The position numbers were made by a program, and so were the translations under genes. DNA of 64,000 nt from an uncultured Candidatus Saccharimonas sp. (GTDB taxonomy: Bacteria; Patescibacteriota; Saccharimonadia; Saccharimonadales; Saccharimonadaceae), in assembly GCA_964513425.1 (NCBI GenBank), contig CAZEME010000001.1, forward strand, positions 3,062 through 67,061, written 5' to 3'. The notes under the pieces were generated by a model. The model saw only the letters and a list, made by a program, of their open reading frames with translations. It was not told the DNA's origin and did not search any database. Numbering within the stretch: the stretch's first letter is position 1; every line of letters starts with the position of its first letter. Positions 36,172-44,877 of the stretch are shown piece by piece.

Positions 36172-36306
36172 TCAATAAGATTCCGTGTAAAATATTTTCA
36201 GCACCTTTCTTATTAATTTTACTAAAGGATTAATACTACGTTTGCGCGACAAGATTAAAATATGATTCTCGTGCTTACCGTTCTTGTCATAGGTATGTAC
36301 TGACAT
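36172..36306 (-). CDS. hypothetical 44-aa ORF (below the ORF-track size cutoff)
   Basis: AAAGGAGGAAAAAG precedes the ATG at 36306. The translation is MSVHTYDKNGKHENHILILSRKRSINPLVKLIRKVLKIFYTESY, with stop TGA at 36172-36174. Confidence 0.4.
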   Translation of the reverse strand: MSVHTYDKNGKHENHILILSRKRSINPLVKLIRKVLKIFYTESY

Positions 36307-36318
36307 CTTTTTCCTCCT

Positions 36319-36735
36319 TTATTGTATGAACCAATATCCGCTTACCAGCGAACTTGATTCAAAGACTGCATTGCGAACGTTTTGTGTTAACTTATAAACC
36401 AATTTTGGATTTGAGAAGTTCTCAATTCCCAAAATGTTTATCCAGTTAACAAGACGTTTTTCGTTCCAACAAGGATTCGAACATTGCTTACAAATTGAAA
36501 GCTCTTCAACGAAAATACTTTCAATCTGTGGGTTTTTACGCAAAGCGACACGTATTACTGCAGATCTTCTACGTCTTGTCCGCCAATAACCTGTAATGTC
36601 GCATTGATGAATTCTACTGACAAAATTAAAGATAATGTCAGTATCGTCACCGTGGTTGCCAATAATGAAGTTAAGCTCACCTGTGATTAATACCCTATTG
36701 ATATCAGTGTGGCTATAGCCACATGCCCCTATCAT
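36319..36735 (-). CDS. hypothetical protein (138 aa)
   Basis: ATG lies after GGAGGTGA. It contains IIGNHGDD and CKQCSNPC. No family recognised. Confidence 0.5.
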   Translation of the reverse strand: MIGACGYSHTDINRVLITGELNFIIGNHGDDTDIIFNFVSRIHQCDITGYWRTRRRRSAVIRVALRKNPQIESIFVEELSICKQCSNPCWNEKRLVNWINILGIENFSNPKLVYKLTQNVRNAVFESSSLVSGYWFIQ

Positions 36736-36886
36736 TAAATCACCTCCAATTTTGTCCGTCAGAAACGGCTACTTGCCAACATTAAATATTAGAAAATAGT
36801 CGTTTCCGATTAATGCGGTGTGACATGCACTGTGATAATTTGATTTTAATGATCAACAGATATGAATAATCGTATTAGCCTAGCTG

Positions 36887-36915
36887 ATTTTATCATAAAA
36901 ACACCATCGAGTCAA
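36887..36915 (-). promoter_or_regulatory. sigma70-type promoter for the cassette, giving a ~145-nt leader
   Basis: TTGACT (36915-36910), a 17-nt spacer, then TAAAAT (36892-36887) on the minus strand. Confidence 0.5.
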
Positions 36916-36949
36916 TATCGCGATATGTATAGTGGCTAATGAATAAAGT

Positions 36950-37507
36950 CTATTTACTTTTCTTTTTACGTACAACTGGGTCTTTTAACATCTCAGTCCT
37001 AATTAAAGCATCTTCTAAGTATTCGCCTGGTTGTATAATTATCTTTTCATTTGGTTGTTTTAAAAAGTCTTCAAAATCTGTCTGGATATTTGTTTCAATC
37101 CTTTTTACAAATTCCTCGTTGGCGCCTCGATCTCTTGCACGTTTAATATACTCTGCTTTACAATCCGGATCTGGATAGGCTAAGGTGAATTCTATGCCAT
37201 ATTCTCTCATCTCTGCAAAAGGCATGCATGGTGCAACTAAAATAATGTCGTATTTATTATTTTTTACTTCTTTAAGAATTGCATCATAATAATTATTTGG
37301 CCAGGCAGGATTAAGCTCCCTATTTGTTGACTTGATACTTTCTTTGTTTTTTACGGCTTTTTGTTCTGCCGTCAAAATATACTTATAGTCGCCACTCGGT
37401 AACTCAGTTATGTTTTTATATTTTTTCGTTAAATATGTTTTACCGGCACAAATCCAGGCACTTATTACCAGTGGCTTTTTGTCTATATCCATATGATGAT
37501 TATACAT
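36950..37507 (-). CDS. hypothetical P-loop protein (185 aa)
   Basis: It has a Walker A-like AWICAGKTY near the N terminus. Small kinase-like size. No confident family. Confidence 0.5.
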   Translation of the reverse strand: MYNHHMDIDKKPLVISAWICAGKTYLTKKYKNITELPSGDYKYILTAEQKAVKNKESIKSTNRELNPAWPNNYYDAILKEVKNNKYDIILVAPCMPFAEMREYGIEFTLAYPDPDCKAEYIKRARDRGANEEFVKRIETNIQTDFEDFLKQPNEKIIIQPGEYLEDALIRTEMLKDPVVRKKKSK

Positions 37508-37597
37508 TATTTTGAGTTTTTAATTAGGTAGGAGTGTTAGCCTTGTGCAAGATGTAATAATAAAGTAATCTATACTCTCGTATAGATTATCTTATTT

Positions 37598-37671
37598 TGG
37601 CAGGGGCACGTGGTGTCGAACCACGATCTTAGGTTTTGGAGACCCATATACTACCGTTGTACTATGCCCCT
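37598..37671 (-). tRNA. tRNA-Trp (anticodon CCA), CCA encoded
   Basis: The acceptor is AGGGGCA/UGCCCCU, the anticodon loop CU-CCA-AA and the T-arm CGUGG-UUCGACA-CCACG. Confidence 0.93.
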
Positions 37672-37790
37672 TTATATTTTTTAGTACAAAAGTATTTTAT
37701 CAGATAAACTATAGTTTTCGCAAGGTTGAAAAAGCCTATGCTTAGTTATATACTAGAAATAGTAATAAATTTTAAGATAAAAGGAGTGGG

Positions 37791-39017
37791 ATGAATATAC
37801 TGATGCTTGGCTGGGAGCTACCACCTCATTTCAGCGGAGGCTTAGGAGTAGCTTGCTATAATATGTCTAAAGCTTTAGCTATCCAAGGTTCTAAAATCGA
37901 CTTTGTAGTGCCCTACTCGGCTAAACATCCTGGAATTGATTTCATGAAAATACATTGTGCTACTAAATTATCACCAGACCAGCGTAATGGACTGGGTGTT
38001 TATGATAGTGCTAAGGTTTTAAATAAATCTTTATCTGAAGCTGATGCTAATGATCTTAAAGATATGCGTGGTGTTCAAAAACGTTATGCCCAATTTGTTA
38101 GTAAATTAGTTAAAAGATTAAATCCAGATGTTATTCATGCTCATGATTGGTTGACTATAGAGGCTGGCATAATGGCTAAAAAGGCCTCTAACACTCCATT
38201 AGTAGTCCATGTTCACGCTACCGAATTTGATCGTTCTGGTGGTGGTTCTGGTAATCCTCTGGTTCGTGAGATTGAAATGCAGGGTTTAATAATGGCTGAT
38301 CGGATTATAGCTGTTAGTAATATCACTAAAAATATTATTATTAGTAAATATGGAATACCAGCCGATAAGATTGAAGTAGTTCATAATGCAGTTGATATAG
38401 ATGGTTTGAATGATGATTATATCTACGATACTTCGACTTACCGTTACTTGGAATCTTTAAAACATGATGGCTATACGGTCATCGTTACGATTACTCGTTT
38501 GACTATCCAGAAAGGCTTAGTTAACTTTTTGAGAGCTATGGCTAGGGCTTGTCAAAAATATGACAAATTAGCCTTTTTATTAGCTGGGAATGGTGAACAA
38601 AGAGATGAATTGATTAGGTTAGCAACAGACTTAGGGATAGCCGATAAGGTATTCTTTGCTGGTTTTATAACTGGTAAACGCTGGCGTGATGCTTATAGTG
38701 TGGGTGATATATTTATTATGAGTTCGATTAGTGAGCCATTCGGTATCACCGCTTTGGAGGCAGCTCATCATGATAGTGCTGTTATCTTAACTAAACAATC
38801 TGGTGTTGGAGAAGTCTTAGATAACGTTTTAAAGTATGACTATTGGGACGAGGAGAGGCTAGCTAACCAATTAGTAGCCGTAGCAACTTCTTATGCTTTA
38901 AGAACTTCCTTGCAACAAAATGTTAAACAAGAATACACTAAAATATCTTGGCATGATGCGGCTAGTTTATGCTATAGTATTTATCATAAGGCTAACTTAA
39001 AAAGAGGCTTGTTATGA
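37791..39017 (+). CDS. glycosyltransferase, glycogen-synthase-like (GT4/GT5, GT-B fold)
   Basis: 408 aa. The N terminus MNILMLGWELPPHFSGGLGV and the C-terminal SEPFGITALEA motif are present. SD is AAGGAG. Confidence 0.8.
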   Translation: MNILMLGWELPPHFSGGLGVACYNMSKALAIQGSKIDFVVPYSAKHPGIDFMKIHCATKLSPDQRNGLGVYDSAKVLNKSLSEADANDLKDMRGVQKRYAQFVSKLVKRLNPDVIHAHDWLTIEAGIMAKKASNTPLVVHVHATEFDRSGGGSGNPLVREIEMQGLIMADRIIAVSNITKNIIISKYGIPADKIEVVHNAVDIDGLNDDYIYDTSTYRYLESLKHDGYTVIVTITRLTIQKGLVNFLRAMARACQKYDKLAFLLAGNGEQRDELIRLATDLGIADKVFFAGFITGKRWRDAYSVGDIFIMSSISEPFGITALEAAHHDSAVILTKQSGVGEVLDNVLKYDYWDEERLANQLVAVATSYALRTSLQQNVKQEYTKISWHDAASLCYSIYHKANLKRGLL

Positions 39018-40240
39018 AGAAAGGTCTAGTTCTCTATCTGCATGTCCACCAGCCATATCGGGTTAGGCAGTATAGTATTTTTGATACAGCTGATAACCAT
39101 GATTATTTCAATGAAGAATCATCCAGTAGCGGGGCTAATAATGAAGTAATCTTTAAAAAGGTTGTAGCTAAATCTTATCGTCCGATGAATCAGTTACTAG
39201 AAGCTCTCCTAAAACAGCATCCTGATTTTAAATTGTCACTCAGTATTACTGGGACATTTATAGAACAGGCTGAGCTATGGGCACCAGAAGTGCTAGATGA
39301 TTTCAAACGTCTAGTAGCTACTGGTCGAGTTGAAATATTAGCAGAGACCTATTACCACTCTTTGGCATATTTTTATAATCTAGACGAATTTGAAAAACAG
39401 GTTAAGTTGCATGCTCAAAAAATAGAGTCTATTTTTGGTATCCGCCCAACAGTTTTCCGTAACACAGAGCTAGCTTATGATGATTCTTTAGCTAAATGGG
39501 CCGAATCGGCTGGTTATAAGGGTATTATCGCTGAAGGCTGGGATGGCGTCCTAGATGGCAAGAGCCCTAATGATGTCTATAGACCAATTGATACTAATAA
39601 CATCGGTCTATTGCTCAAGAATTATAAACTAAGTGATGATATCGCCTTTAGATTTAGTAATAGAGATTGGCCAATGTGGCCTTTAACGGTCGAAAAGTAT
39701 ATAGCCTGGCTTAATTCGTCACTAGAGGGTCATTCAGTTGTTAACTTGTTTATGGACTATGAGACTTTTGGAGAACATCAATGGGATGATACTGGTATCT
39801 TTGATTTTATGAGACAGTTGGTCGGCAATTGGCTTAACCAAGAAAATGGTAGTTTTTATACAGTGTCTGGGGCAATTGATACATTTGACAAACAGCAGTC
39901 AATTAGCATGCCAAGGGTTGTTACTTGGGCTGATACGGAACGTGACTTGACAGCTTGGACTGGCAATAGTATGCAACAAGAAGCTTTGCATTATTTGTAC
40001 GAAATGCGTGATGATGTCATGCGTAGCGAAGACCTGTCTTTGATTAATGATTGGCGTAAACTACAGACCTCCGACCATTTCTATTATATGTGCACAAAAT
40101 GGTTCACAGATGGTGATGTTCATGCCTATTTTAGCCCTTATGATTCGCCCTATGATGCTTTCTTATATTATCTAAACGTTATCCGAGATATGCGTTGGCG
40201 GTTATATTACAAAGACTTTAAGGTTGGTAGTAATGTCTAG
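39014..40240 (+). CDS. glycoside hydrolase family 57 (alpha-amylase / branching-enzyme type)
   Basis: GH57 conserved regions: YLHVHQPYR, GRVEILAETYYHS, FRNTELAY and FMDYETFGEHQWD. Its start overlaps the upstream stop (ATGA). Confidence 0.85.
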   Translation: MKKGLVLYLHVHQPYRVRQYSIFDTADNHDYFNEESSSSGANNEVIFKKVVAKSYRPMNQLLEALLKQHPDFKLSLSITGTFIEQAELWAPEVLDDFKRLVATGRVEILAETYYHSLAYFYNLDEFEKQVKLHAQKIESIFGIRPTVFRNTELAYDDSLAKWAESAGYKGIIAEGWDGVLDGKSPNDVYRPIDTNNIGLLLKNYKLSDDIAFRFSNRDWPMWPLTVEKYIAWLNSSLEGHSVVNLFMDYETFGEHQWDDTGIFDFMRQLVGNWLNQENGSFYTVSGAIDTFDKQQSISMPRVVTWADTERDLTAWTGNSMQQEALHYLYEMRDDVMRSEDLSLINDWRKLQTSDHFYYMCTKWFTDGDVHAYFSPYDSPYDAFLYYLNVIRDMRWRLYYKDFKVGSNV

Positions 40241-42179
40241 ACCGATTGTTCTTAGTAATGGTGAATTGCATGTGGGCCTTAACAATTTTGGCATGGTTCA
40301 TGATTTTTATTATCCTTATGTTGGCTTTGAGAATCATTCGGCTGGTAATGACCTGAGAGACCACGTCGGTGTTTGGATAGATGGTCAGATTAGTTGGATG
40401 GATACGCCTGGTGAATGGACTTTTAGTTTCAGGTACCCTTATCCAGCCCTAGTCGGCCATACGATTGCTAAAAATAGTAAACTTAATATTCTACTAGAAT
40501 TTGATGACTTTGTGGATGCTCATGTTAGTGCTTTTATCCGTAATATCCATATAGTTAATTTGGCTGATTATCCTCGTCAAGTTAGACTATTCATGCATCA
40601 AGCTTTTGCAATTGGTGATTCACGCAGTAATACTGATACGGCTCAATATCTACCAGATAGTAATGCTATCTTGCATTATCGTGGGCGAAGAGCCTTAGTC
40701 GTATCTGGTGAGTATAATAATAAGCCTTTTGATCAATATACAGTTGGCTTATTTGGGATTGAAGATAGACAAGGGACTTACTTAGATGCTTGTGATGGTG
40801 AGCTAGGTATGAATAATGTTGAACACGGTAGAGTTGATTCTACTATTAGATTTTGTCTTGATATGGCTGCTAATAGCTCCGATAGGGTTCATTATTGGAT
40901 AGCGGCTGGCACTTCTACTCGTGAAGCTGTTTATATCCATAAAAAAATTCAAGATGATAACGCTCTGTCTAATCTTAAGCAAACATCAGATTGGTGGGAT
41001 GAATGGCTAGAACCAACCTATGCAATCTTAAATAAGATTAATCCAGCTCATCGCAACACTTTTCTACAGAGTATGATGATTATTAAGTCACAGATAGATA
41101 AACGCGGAGCTATTATAGCTAGTACCGACACCTCGATGCTTAATTATTCGCGCGATGCTTATGCCTATTCTTGGCCCAGAGATGGGGCTTACGTGCTTTG
41201 GCCATTAATTAGAATGGGCTATAAAGATGAAGCTCATCGTTTCTTTGAGTTCTCTAAAAGAGGCTTACATCCTTCTGGTTATATGATGCATAAATATCGG
41301 GCTGACGGAGCTTTAGGTAGTAGTTGGCACCCTTATATTCATGATGGTATCGTGGCTCCACCGATCCAGGAAGATGAAACAGCTTTAACCTTATTCATGT
41401 TTGCTCAATTCTACCAAATGAATCCCGAAGCTAGCTTACTCAAAACCTTTTATAAAGATATGGTTGTACCAATGGCTAACTTCTTAGCCGGTTTTATTAA
41501 TAAAAAGACTGGTTTGCCACAACCGAGCTATGATTTATGGGAACAGACTTTTCTAACCAGTACTTATAGTACAGCAGTAACTTATGCGGCTTTGTTGGCA
41601 GCTTCTGACTTAGCCACTGTAGCTGATGAATATAACCACGCTGTAACTTGGCGCTCAGCTGCTAACGATATTAAAATAGCTGCCCAGAAATATCTATATA
41701 ATGAGGATAAAAAAGTTTTTTATAGAGGATTAGTGGCTAAGGGCCAAGACATAAAATATGACGATACGGTGGATTGTTCCAGTGTCTTTGGCGCCTACAT
41801 TTTTGGCTTATTTGATGCTAAAAGCCCAGAAATCTTGAGTTCAATAGAAACTATTAAACAGTTATTCAAAGTCAATGATGGTGAAATTGGCTTGCCACGC
41901 TATGAGAATGATGAATATCGTCGTCGCAATTCGAAGATTACTGGTAATAAATGGCTAATAACCTCACTATGGTTAGCCCAATATTATATAGATAATCATC
42001 AGGCAGATGAGGCTCTAAAGATATTGGATTGGGTTAGAGACCATTCTCTTAGCACTGGTGTTATGCCGGAGCAAATTAATCCAGAGAATGATGAGTTGGT
42101 TTCACCAGCCCCTCTTACTTGGTCTCATGCTGAATATGTAGCTACTCTACTTGACTTGATAGCTAAAGAAAAGAACTAG
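40233..42179 (+). CDS. glycoside hydrolase family 15 (glucoamylase/glucodextranase-like)
   Basis: ~648 aa with an N-terminal beta-sandwich and an (alpha/alpha)6 catalytic domain (YSWPRDGAY, QEDETAL, LTWSHAEY). ATG at 40233 overlaps the GH57 stop. The track ORF begins at TTG 40224. Confidence 0.85.
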   Translation: MSRPIVLSNGELHVGLNNFGMVHDFYYPYVGFENHSAGNDLRDHVGVWIDGQISWMDTPGEWTFSFRYPYPALVGHTIAKNSKLNILLEFDDFVDAHVSAFIRNIHIVNLADYPRQVRLFMHQAFAIGDSRSNTDTAQYLPDSNAILHYRGRRALVVSGEYNNKPFDQYTVGLFGIEDRQGTYLDACDGELGMNNVEHGRVDSTIRFCLDMAANSSDRVHYWIAAGTSTREAVYIHKKIQDDNALSNLKQTSDWWDEWLEPTYAILNKINPAHRNTFLQSMMIIKSQIDKRGAIIASTDTSMLNYSRDAYAYSWPRDGAYVLWPLIRMGYKDEAHRFFEFSKRGLHPSGYMMHKYRADGALGSSWHPYIHDGIVAPPIQEDETALTLFMFAQFYQMNPEASLLKTFYKDMVVPMANFLAGFINKKTGLPQPSYDLWEQTFLTSTYSTAVTYAALLAASDLATVADEYNHAVTWRSAANDIKIAAQKYLYNEDKKVFYRGLVAKGQDIKYDDTVDCSSVFGAYIFGLFDAKSPEILSSIETIKQLFKVNDGEIGLPRYENDEYRRRNSKITGNKWLITSLWLAQYYIDNHQADEALKILDWVRDHSLSTGVMPEQINPENDELVSPAPLTWSHAEYVATLLDLIAKEKN

Positions 42180-42214
42180 GGTAAAACCTAGCTCTTTATT
42201 AGTAATTATTTTAT

Positions 42215-42421
42215 TTAGCCTTTTCTTGGCTTAACTTCGTTACGACCAAGATTCTTTTTTGTTTCAGTATAGACGGCATGCTTACGAGCAATTGGGTCAT
42301 ATTTCTTAAGTTCAATCTTCTCAGTTGTATTTTGAGTATTCTTGGTTGTGTAATAAGTTCTATGACCGGTTAGGCTACTAACAAGTCCGACTAATTTACG
42401 CTTGGTGTTCTTTTTTGCCAT
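42215..42421 (-). CDS. rpmG: 50S ribosomal protein L33 (Cys-less form, C-terminal extension)
   Basis: The sequence contains [33 protein letters not shown]. The usual CxxC pairs are replaced. Confidence 0.88.
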   Translation of the reverse strand: MAKKNTKRKLVGLVSSLTGHRTYYTTKNTQNTTEKIELKKYDPIARKHAVYTETKKNLGRNEVKPRKG

Positions 42422-42500
42422 ATTTAATTCCTATATAAAAAATTATTTAACTATCAGGGGTAGATTATACCAAGATATCTAACTATATACAAGGGACTAA

Positions 42501-42995
42501 CTAGCGATAATTATCAAAAACTACCGGAAAGTCAAAATCTTGAGAGTTTATTAGTTTGATTGCCTTCTGTAAATCATCTTTATTATTACCGATAACTCGG
42601 ACTATATCACCTTGAATTTGAGATTTTAATTTAGGCAATTCATCTTTTATAAGTTTAGTGATTTGTTTGGCCTTTAATTGATCTAAACCATTGATAAATG
42701 GTATTTCTTTAGTAGCTTTCATGTTGCTTGTAACAATTTCTTTGCTTAGGTCTAAGACTTTACTTGACTGTTCGCGTGATGCTAGTTTCTTGCGGATAAT
42801 ATCGATAATACTTTCAATCTGCCAATCATTAGCACCTGTAATCTTAAAACCAATCTTGTCACCCAACCATTCAATAAAAGCTGGAGTACCTTTGAAGTCA
42901 TAACGATTAGTTATTTCTTTCTGAACCATTGCCAAGACATTATTCATCTCAGCTTTATCATAACTAGAACTTATATCAAAACTAAATGTGGGCAT
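42501..42995 (-). CDS. yajQ: YajQ family nucleotide-binding protein (UPF0234)
   Basis: 164 aa. MPTFSFDISSSYDKAEMNNV...ITNRYDFKGT is a diagnostic YajQ N terminus. Confidence 0.9.
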   Translation of the reverse strand: MPTFSFDISSSYDKAEMNNVLAMVQKEITNRYDFKGTPAFIEWLGDKIGFKITGANDWQIESIIDIIRKKLASREQSSKVLDLSKEIVTSNMKATKEIPFINGLDQLKAKQITKLIKDELPKLKSQIQGDIVRVIGNNKDDLQKAIKLINSQDFDFPVVFDNYR

Positions 42996-43024
42996 ATTTA
43001 ATTATCTCCTAATAATATTATAGC

Positions 43025-43369
43025 AAAAGAAAAGAGGTCGGACTATTAATCCGACCTCCGGGAGTGTAAATGCATGAGCCATATCCAATCATCGGGCGCT
43101 TTCGCGCGCTGATATGCCCTCGCTTGGGGCGGCTACACACTTTCTTCTACACTTCCCTAGGGCTAAGCCCCAGCCCGACTTTTAGTACGTCTACCTTAGC
43201 CGGGCTAAAAATAGAACTTTGGTCTTGTCATTTTCAAGACAAAACCTCCTCTCAATTTGGGTATACCACTATAAGATCTGACGGGATAACAGGGCATTAC
43301 GCTGATTGCGTTCGCTATATACCTGTTTTACCCTAACCGGTTTCGTTCCGGAAGTCTTACAATAGTACG
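43025..43369 (-). ncRNA. unclassified ~345-nt structured RNA (promoter-to-terminator unit; possibly a divergent housekeeping RNA such as RNase P RNA)
   Basis: A clearly G+C-richer block in AT-rich DNA with no credible ORF. A near-consensus promoter lies upstream and a 9-bp-stem terminator plus U-tract lies at the 3' end. Several internal helices are present, including a GCGC-GAAA-GCGC tetraloop hairpin. Confidence 0.5.
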
Positions 43370-43375
43370 TTTTAT

Positions 43376-43404
43376 ATAATATCACACTGTCATTAATATG
43401 TCAA
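43376..43404 (-). promoter_or_regulatory. near-consensus promoter of the unclassified RNA
   Basis: TTGACA (43404-43399), a 17-nt spacer, then TATTAT (43381-43376) on the minus strand. Confidence 0.55.
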
Positions 43405-43430
43405 TAGTTTAAAGAATAAATAATTAATTT

Positions 43431-43506
43431 TGGAGCCGCGATCGGGAGTCGAACCCGAGACCTCATCCTTACCATGGATGCGCTCTACCAACTGAGCTAT
43501 CACGGC
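43431..43506 (-). tRNA. tRNA-Thr (anticodon GGU), CCA encoded
   Basis: 76-nt cloverleaf GCCGUGA...UCGCGGCUCCA. The anticodon loop is AU-GGU-AA and the T-loop is UUCGACU. Confidence 0.93.
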
Positions 43507-43587
43507 ATACTTAAATAGTTTATCAAAAAAAGATTATTTTTGAAATTAAAATGGCCGGGCGTAGAATTACACCTGGCCAAGTTGTCG

Positions 43588-43842
43588 TTAAAAATTAGAT
43601 CCTGTAACGATTATAGTGGTTATGGCTGCTGTCATAGATAACACCGTCAGAATGTTGGCGAGCGATTTCTCTTTACCCTCACTCTTGTTCGCTATAGATC
43701 GCCACAAAACAGTTATCAATACCCAGATCGCAGCGTTGGTGGCATATAGCCATAAAGAATCATTACCAGCAATCATAAATGATTGCTGTACAAAAGATAG
43801 ACAAACTAAGAAAAGTATCAAACATGCGTATAGCTCTTTCAT
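43588..43842 (-). CDS. hypothetical small membrane protein (84 aa)
   Basis: Three hydrophobic segments, located between tRNA genes. No homology recognised. It could be spurious. Confidence 0.35.
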   Translation of the reverse strand: MKELYACLILFLVCLSFVQQSFMIAGNDSLWLYATNAAIWVLITVLWRSIANKSEGKEKSLANILTVLSMTAAITTIIVTGSNF

Positions 43843-43969
43843 CTTTTTCCCTCTTCTTTTTTAATGTGCATTTAACGACTAGTTTATTATAGCATATAAA
43901 AGCTAAAGTGTAAATAGCCTGGATGACCTTATAAAAAATACCTGCCTCTAATGGCAGATATTTTTAATT

Positions 43970-44054
43970 TGGTGCTGGAGGAAGGACTCGAACCTTCGAA
44001 CTCTTGCGAGGGGAGATTTACAGTCTCCAGTGATTGCCACTACACGACTCCAGC
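43970..44054 (-). tRNA. tRNA-Tyr (anticodon GUA), long variable arm, CCA encoded
   Basis: 85 nt with anticodon stem-loop GGAGA-CUGUAAA-UCUCC, a bacterial type II variable arm and the T-loop GGUUCGAGUCC. Confidence 0.93.
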
Positions 44055-44064
44055 ATGATTATTT

Positions 44065-44140
44065 TGGAGCCGCCTCCCGGATTCGAACCGGGGACCTTCA
44101 CTTTACAAAAGTGTTGCTCTACCAACTGAGCTAAGGCGGC
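44065..44140 (-). tRNA. tRNA-Thr (anticodon UGU), CCA encoded
   Basis: 76 nt, GCCGCCU...AGGCGGCUCCA. The anticodon loop is UU-UGU-AA and the T-arm is CCCGG-UUCGAAU-CCGGG. Confidence 0.93.
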
Positions 44141-44223
44141 ATAAATTTTAAAAAAGTACAAATACAAGTTTACATAACATTGAAGATTTTTGCAAGAACA
44201 GATATAGATTGACTATCGGAATG

Positions 44224-44874
44224 TTATATAACCCGTCGAGGCTGATGAATCTTTTTAGCGGGGGCTTGTTTTTGGACTATTTTTTGAATTCGTTTTCGAA
44301 GTTCTTCGGCTTTTTCTGGTTCTTCTAATCTCTCATAAGCATCGGCTAGTATATTAAGAGTCTGGGCTGATGTTTCTAACTCGACAGCTTTTTCTAATGA
44401 TTCAATCATTTTCTTATTATTACCTAACTTTTCTTGAACTTTTGCATAGGCTATATAACGCGTCGGTAGCTTGTCATCAATTGCGATAGCTTGTTCAAAA
44501 GCTAGAGCTGCTTTCTCATAATCTTTAGTCTCATAATAAATTAGACCGACATTATGTAGGCTACTAGCGCTTGGTTCTAGTGATTGGGCAATTTCGAAAC
44601 ATTCAATAGCATCACTGAGTGATTTTTGTTTGGCATAGAGAATACCTAGTCGGTTATAGGCGCTAGTATTACGCTCATCAATCCTTAGGATGGTTAAAAG
44701 GGCCTTTTCAGCTCTTAAATATTTATTAGTCTGTAATGATTCTTGGGCAATAGACCATAGTTGATCTAGTTTGTTTGATAATCTAGTCGGGATACTATCT
44801 TTAGAACCATCAGCCTTTGGTCGATAATAGATAACCCAGGCGCCTAAACAAATAATTAAAATTAAACCTAACAT
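44224..44874 (-). CDS. TPR-repeat protein with N-terminal membrane anchor
   Basis: 216 aa with a TM helix at the N terminus and several 34-residue TPR-like repeats (YNRLGILYAKQ.., HNVGLIYYETKDYEKA..). Confidence 0.72.
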   Translation of the reverse strand: MLGLILIICLGAWVIYYRPKADGSKDSIPTRLSNKLDQLWSIAQESLQTNKYLRAEKALLTILRIDERNTSAYNRLGILYAKQKSLSDAIECFEIAQSLEPSASSLHNVGLIYYETKDYEKAALAFEQAIAIDDKLPTRYIAYAKVQEKLGNNKKMIESLEKAVELETSAQTLNILADAYERLEEPEKAEELRKRIQKIVQKQAPAKKIHQPRRVI

Positions 44875-44877
44875 AAC

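Noticed and set aside
43283-43294. GGGATAACAGGG string resembling the 23S rRNA / I-SceI homing site
   Set aside because: This is a short isolated match. The flanks do not continue as 23S rRNA sequence, and no rRNA or homing endonuclease gene is nearby. I treat it as coincidence. It forms one strand of an internal helix of the RNA candidate.
43070-43336. 88-aa + strand ORF in the ORF track
   Set aside because: The translation (MHEPYPIIGRFRALICPRLGRLHTFFYTSLGLSPSP...) has no SD and no family resemblance. It lies inside a G+C-rich block bounded by a minus-strand promoter and terminator, so it is better explained as a structured RNA gene on the opposite strand.
43025-43369. Calling the structured RNA tmRNA, SRP RNA or 6S RNA
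   Set aside because: It has no GGUUCGA-type T-arm or CCA-ending tRNA-like domain, and no plausible tag ORF ending in ...LAA. It has no GGAAGCAGC domain IV motif. It is much longer than 6S RNA. An RNase P assignment is also left open because the P4 consensus strands are absent.
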